A stretch of DNA of 64,000 bases from NCBI GenBank assembly GCA_051362555.1, contig CM120640.1, positions 28,296,503-28,360,502 of the forward strand. The letters run 5' to 3'. The translations under genes were made by a program, and so were the position numbers. The notes below the pieces were generated by a model. The model ran no database searches. It was not told the DNA's origin and saw only the letters and a program-made list of their open reading frames with translations. Positions 60,532 to 64,000 of this stretch are shown piece after piece; positions within the stretch are counted from its first letter, which is position 1; each line of letters opens with the position of its first letter. This DNA comes from Lingula anatina. Its lineage: Eukaryota > Animalia > Brachiopoda.

Positions 60532-63500
60532 AGTAGTTTAAATCACAGGGAAAGCTTTACCTGAGGATACCTGAAATCACGATTTCATATTTATGCTTAT
60601 GGTATCTTTGGCATGGTTTAGGTAAATCAACACTGTACGTGCATTTAGATAATGCCATTAATGTATAATGGACATACTTATTTCAGGCCCTGGGTAATGT
60701 CTCCATATTATTGCTGTAATTAGGTATAGAAAATGTCATGCACGCTGCATAAAAGATGCACTTCGAAATGGATAATGCTTCTTTTTATTTGTTGTCATAA
60801 CATTTTCAAGGAATCATGGGGTTGTGGATTATTAATGTGATTATGAATGTCTGAACCTGATGGGAGGATTTACAGTTGGTTATGTAAGAAAGAAATCATA
60901 ACTGAGCACTGCAGATTTTGTATATTTGTAAGACCTTTGAAGATACCAGATTCAAAATTAATTTTCTAGCCTTTACTAATGTAAAATGTTTTTTGCCTTA
61001 CAAAATGGTTAGAATTTTGCTAAATGGTTGAAATGGTGTACAAATTAACTATAAGTGAAAATTTTTTACCAAGTGATGATTTATTTGTGATACTCAGTTT
61101 AAAATTTGTCTAAAAATAGAAACCTGACCCTGGCTTTAATAGCTATAATAAATGATTTTTTGGATACTACTATCTGACTGACTTTAGATCCTTCTGAAGC
61201 ATTTCTACACACTTTGCCCACTGTGACCTGAAGTATCATATGTTAAAGCCATTGAAATGTTGACTTATCCTTGTCTTAAAGAAAACCCATCAGTTATGAA
61301 AAAAGTTTAATTGCTCAGCAGTCACAAAAGTGAGTCTTACTGGTGCAATATAAAAAACTCATTTAAAAGTAAAAATTGATATACTTTTTTTTTTGAAAGA
61401 TACATTAAACCAAGGTTTTTATCATTATTCTGGCAGATGTACATCAAAACATCTACAGTGAGATCAAAAATTTAATCCCAGTGTGGCAGGTAAAATATCT
61501 TAATTTTTAATTCTTTCAAATTTCAGTCCTTTGATAATTTGTCTTCCATGAACGTGGAGCTAGGCAGTCAAGAGGATGTGGATGGCAGGGATGATGGTAA
61601 GTATACAAGTCAACTGAACATTGGAACACCTAACACATCATCATGGCAAACTCAATGTCACACCCACAACAAAGTCACACACATTATCATAGCAAACTCA
61701 ATGTCACACCCACAACAATGTTACACCTTACACATTATCATAGCAAACTCAATGTCACACCCACAACAATGTCACACCTAACACATTATCATAGCAAACT
61801 CAATGTCACACCCACAACAATGTCACACCTTCCACTCTATCAGGTCAAAAATGGTGCAGTACCTGTTTCTAAACTAGACTTTTTACAGAAAGGCCTCATC
61901 CATGCTGGTTAAGTGATAATGATCAGACAAACTACACCAAAAAGACCTGCTCTAAAACATGTAATTTAAAATCAACAGTTCTCTTCTTGATGTGAGTCTT
62001 AAGTGGAACATTCACATCTAACACACTAGTTTCTCCTGTTTACTCCCTGGTGTGATTCTGCTAAGAACTTATCATGGTAGAGATCTCTCAATGCAGTTCT
62101 ACTCAGAGTAGCAGCTGTTTATGTGTACCATTCAGCACACTTTTTACCTGTCTCTTAGTATTAAGGTATGAATGGAGCTTTAATTGTAAATCATGATATC
62201 CCCCCCGATGTCCGTGGGTGAAAAAAAAATGGATAAAATGTCCAAATGTGAAGCCTTTAGTGGGATTTACCTTTGATCTTACTGGATGTGATGTGTTAGG
62301 GCCATCTACCTGGAGAGCTCTCTGCCTCCCAGACACTTAATATCTCCTCTATTTCATGTTTCCAAGTTTAACCTATTTCATTTCCTTTCGAAAATGTTCT
62401 TTCTGGTGTGAATCTAATTCTCCTATTTTTTTTTTTTTTTTAGTTGGGCATGTTTTCAGTAATATGATGAATTAGTTTGGTTTGAAATTTGCGAGCAAAT
62501 ACCGTAATAGTGAAGAATGTCAGCCATGCTGGCATTGGGGCCTGCCCCAGGACATAGGTATTAGCCAGAGTGAGTCTGTACAGTGTTAGTGTAGGTAACA
62601 ACTATGTAAAGCATGGGATTTGGATTGCATCTTTTTCGTCCTACACTGGTGTTGAGGGGAAGGATGATAGGCAAGGCAGAAAAACAGTGGTCAATTTGGA
62701 AATACAGGATTACCAGCGATGTATATTTTGTTATTGGTTATTGATCATGACAGCTAGTGAATTGATGGATGATGGTTTCAAGTTCCCTCTTATTTCTTGA
62801 TGCTGGATATCAGTTTTTTGGAGATATCTGCAGTGAGATGGGTTTAATATAAGCGTTGGTTTTGATAGCTATGGCTGGAAAATCATAAACACTTGGAAGT
62901 AATTAGTTCTGAGGATGTTTCTGCAACATTGTTGATGTAAATACCCGGCCCTGGCAGTATATATTGTTAGTGATAACTCTCTGTGTGACGTCAGGGATCT
63001 GCCTGGCCAACACTTCACGGTAGCTCAGTAGTCAAGTTATAATGTCAACAACGGCACAGGAGTTGAAGGGCTTTGCCCGTCGGATGAAGGTATCTGTGAT
63101 GCGGCACAACGAGAGAATCAAGCGCAGCAGTCTCGTGCCGGTGTACATTCCGCACTCGTGGAGCGTTATGCCTTCGGGTCTTGCTGTAGCAACCAGCTGT
63201 AATGTTGTGTGTTCTGCTCCTGCCACAAATCACAGTACGTGGGACAGTTTTGATTGCTTACCGCATAGGATTTTTCAGTAAATCTGGATCGCTTCTCTTT
63301 GTCTTGATGCAGGCTTTAACAGGTTAACTTGTTTTTCACCTCACACAAAGACAAAATAACCATCCAAGTCAGTTATTGACATTTCAAGACATGCTCACAT
63401 AATTATATCTTTTTTTTTATCTCAGGTCAGCTTGGTCCATCGGAGCTGGATGCTATTCTCCTGCGGCTGGAGTCTGGTGTGGAGCTGGCACTGCAGAGAG

Positions 63501-63563
63501 CCAAGGCTTGGTCCAAGTATGCTAAAGATATTATGACATATGTGGAGAAGAAATCAACTTTAG
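41786..63563 (+). CDS. F-BAR Rho GTPase-activating protein, ARHGAP45(HMHA1)/ARHGAP29/GMIP family; 5' partial, continues beyond the window
   Basis: Phase-consistent exons 41786-41911, 52400-52694, 54646-54789, 56722-56803, 59449-59512, 61527-61596, 63426-63563. Motifs: AHEHLGKVLCILKTILQQYPAL, ALAFSSSVSEYLMGDV, and the F-BAR start GVELALQRAKAWSKYAKDIMTYVEKK. Exon 1 is the least certain. Confidence 0.88.
42405..42661. mobile_element. Near-perfect palindromic MITE (PIF/Harbinger-like, TAA TSD)
   Basis: ggcttcattcacatgcaatgtc...gacattgcatgtgaacgaagcc with ~123-bp arms and TAA on both sides (42402-42404, 42662-42664). Confidence 0.9.
43622..43910. mobile_element. Foldback MITE related to 25734-26035
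   Basis: Termini ggccattcaaaacagaacatccgag / ctcggatcttctattctgtatggct. Shares the caaatatggcgg.ccctacatgaaag motif. Confidence 0.82.
45325..45544. mobile_element. Near-perfect palindromic MITE with CTG TSD (PIF/Harbinger-like)
   Basis: ggctccgtatctcgaaagg...cctttcgagatacggagcc flanked by CTG on both sides (45322-45324, 45545-45547). Confidence 0.88.
52275..52323. repeat. (TG)n microsatellite
   Basis: Direct inspection. Confidence 0.95.
53665..53850 (+). repeat. ~92-bp tandem duplication
   Basis: ttttggct.tgactgcagttttatt...tactgtaaggcttaaaaat occurs twice. Confidence 0.8.
56126..56298. mobile_element. Small TIR element inserted in a (TA)n tract
   Basis: ctggggtagcgcta...tagcgctacccag with TA repeats on both sides. 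Confidence 0.7.
58245..58321 (+). CDS. Candidate alternative first coding exon of the RhoGAP (MLSVESNTSAVQRRRKNLLNLRLFR)
   Basis: ATG in a catcATGt context and an AAG|GTAGG donor in phase 2, matching the acceptor at 59449. Confidence 0.45.
60489..60529. repeat. (GA)n microsatellite
   Basis: Direct inspection. Confidence 0.95.
61640..61830 (+). repeat. ~51-bp minisatellite, about 3.8 copies
   Basis: The unit atagcaaactcaatgtcacacccacaacaatgtcacacctaacacattatc starts at ~61642, 61689, 61740 and 61791. Confidence 0.92.
63042..63234 (+). CDS. Candidate alternative first coding exon of the RhoGAP (MSTTAQELKGFARRMKVSVMRHNERIKRSSLVPVY...)
   Basis: GC-rich 193-nt ORF ending ACA|GTACGT in phase 1, matching the acceptor at 63426. 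A perfect CRE (TGACGTCA) lies at 62986-62993. Confidence 0.55.
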
Positions 63564-64000
63564 GTAAGAAAACTTTGAGGTGACAGTATGGTAGAAAAGA
63601 TGGCATATTCACGTCCTTTTTTTCAGGAAGGATTTGATAATTAAGACTTGGGCAGTATTTAGACTTGCTTTGAATAAGAAATGTTGTGAGTCTAAAATCA
63701 ATTGCAAGAAAACCAAAAGATAAGCAGGCATTGAAAAGTCTGAAATACACTAGTATAAATGTGTTGAGGCCATGATTTCAGAATTTTAAGGGGGTGTTAA
63801 CTTGAAACCAGCCATATCAGTGCCTAAGCTACAGATCTGTAAGCTAGAATTGTATCAAGTTTGGAGCACAAGTGTAACAGCAGACTTCTGAAGAGCATTC
63901 CTAACTTTTGTATATTCTACTTATAAACAACAAGAAGAGTTTACATTCTAATGTTAGCAGCCCTGGATTAACTGTTCTGCTACTGAATAACATTGTCCCC

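Noticed and set aside
61640-61830. Repeat-spacer-like pattern as CRISPR or a coding repeat
   Set aside because: The intervening parts are also repeated, so it is a simple minisatellite in an intron.

Overview
AT-rich, intron-rich animal genomic DNA; the repeat types suggest a mollusc-like lophotrochozoan, but the species cannot be determined from sequence alone. Manual splice-site walking gives three complete genes, one partial gene and remnants. (1) A 25-exon minus-strand type-I membrane protein (signal peptide, 16 six-Cys EB/EGF-like modules, 2 EGF, SEA, 2 EGF, TM; about 1109 aa; 6586-19230). (2) A plus-strand cluster of divergent SLC1A (EAAT/ASCT family) transporters around it: a 3' remnant at 862-1430, a rearranged copy at 22242-25717, an intact 8-exon 479-aa copy at 27933-32558, and sequence evidence for another copy just upstream of the window. 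(3) A 12-exon minus-strand PLP threonine/serine dehydratase with a C-terminal ACT-like domain (35459-40252). (4) Head-to-head with it, the 5' part of an ARHGAP45/29/GMIP-family F-BAR RhoGAP (41786 to beyond the window end) with candidate alternative first exons. Repeats include an RTE LINE, split L2/CR1 fragments, several PIF/Harbinger-type MITEs with 3-bp TSDs, and a composite foldback/satellite region. The most unusual signal is in the SLC1A genes. The intact copy has rewired ion-coupling residues (NMDG to NRDG, Na1 Asp to His, proton-carrier Glu to Ile, HP1 SSSS to PPSS). Its neighbour has lost the transport-core exons but can still splice in frame into a scaffold-only protein.
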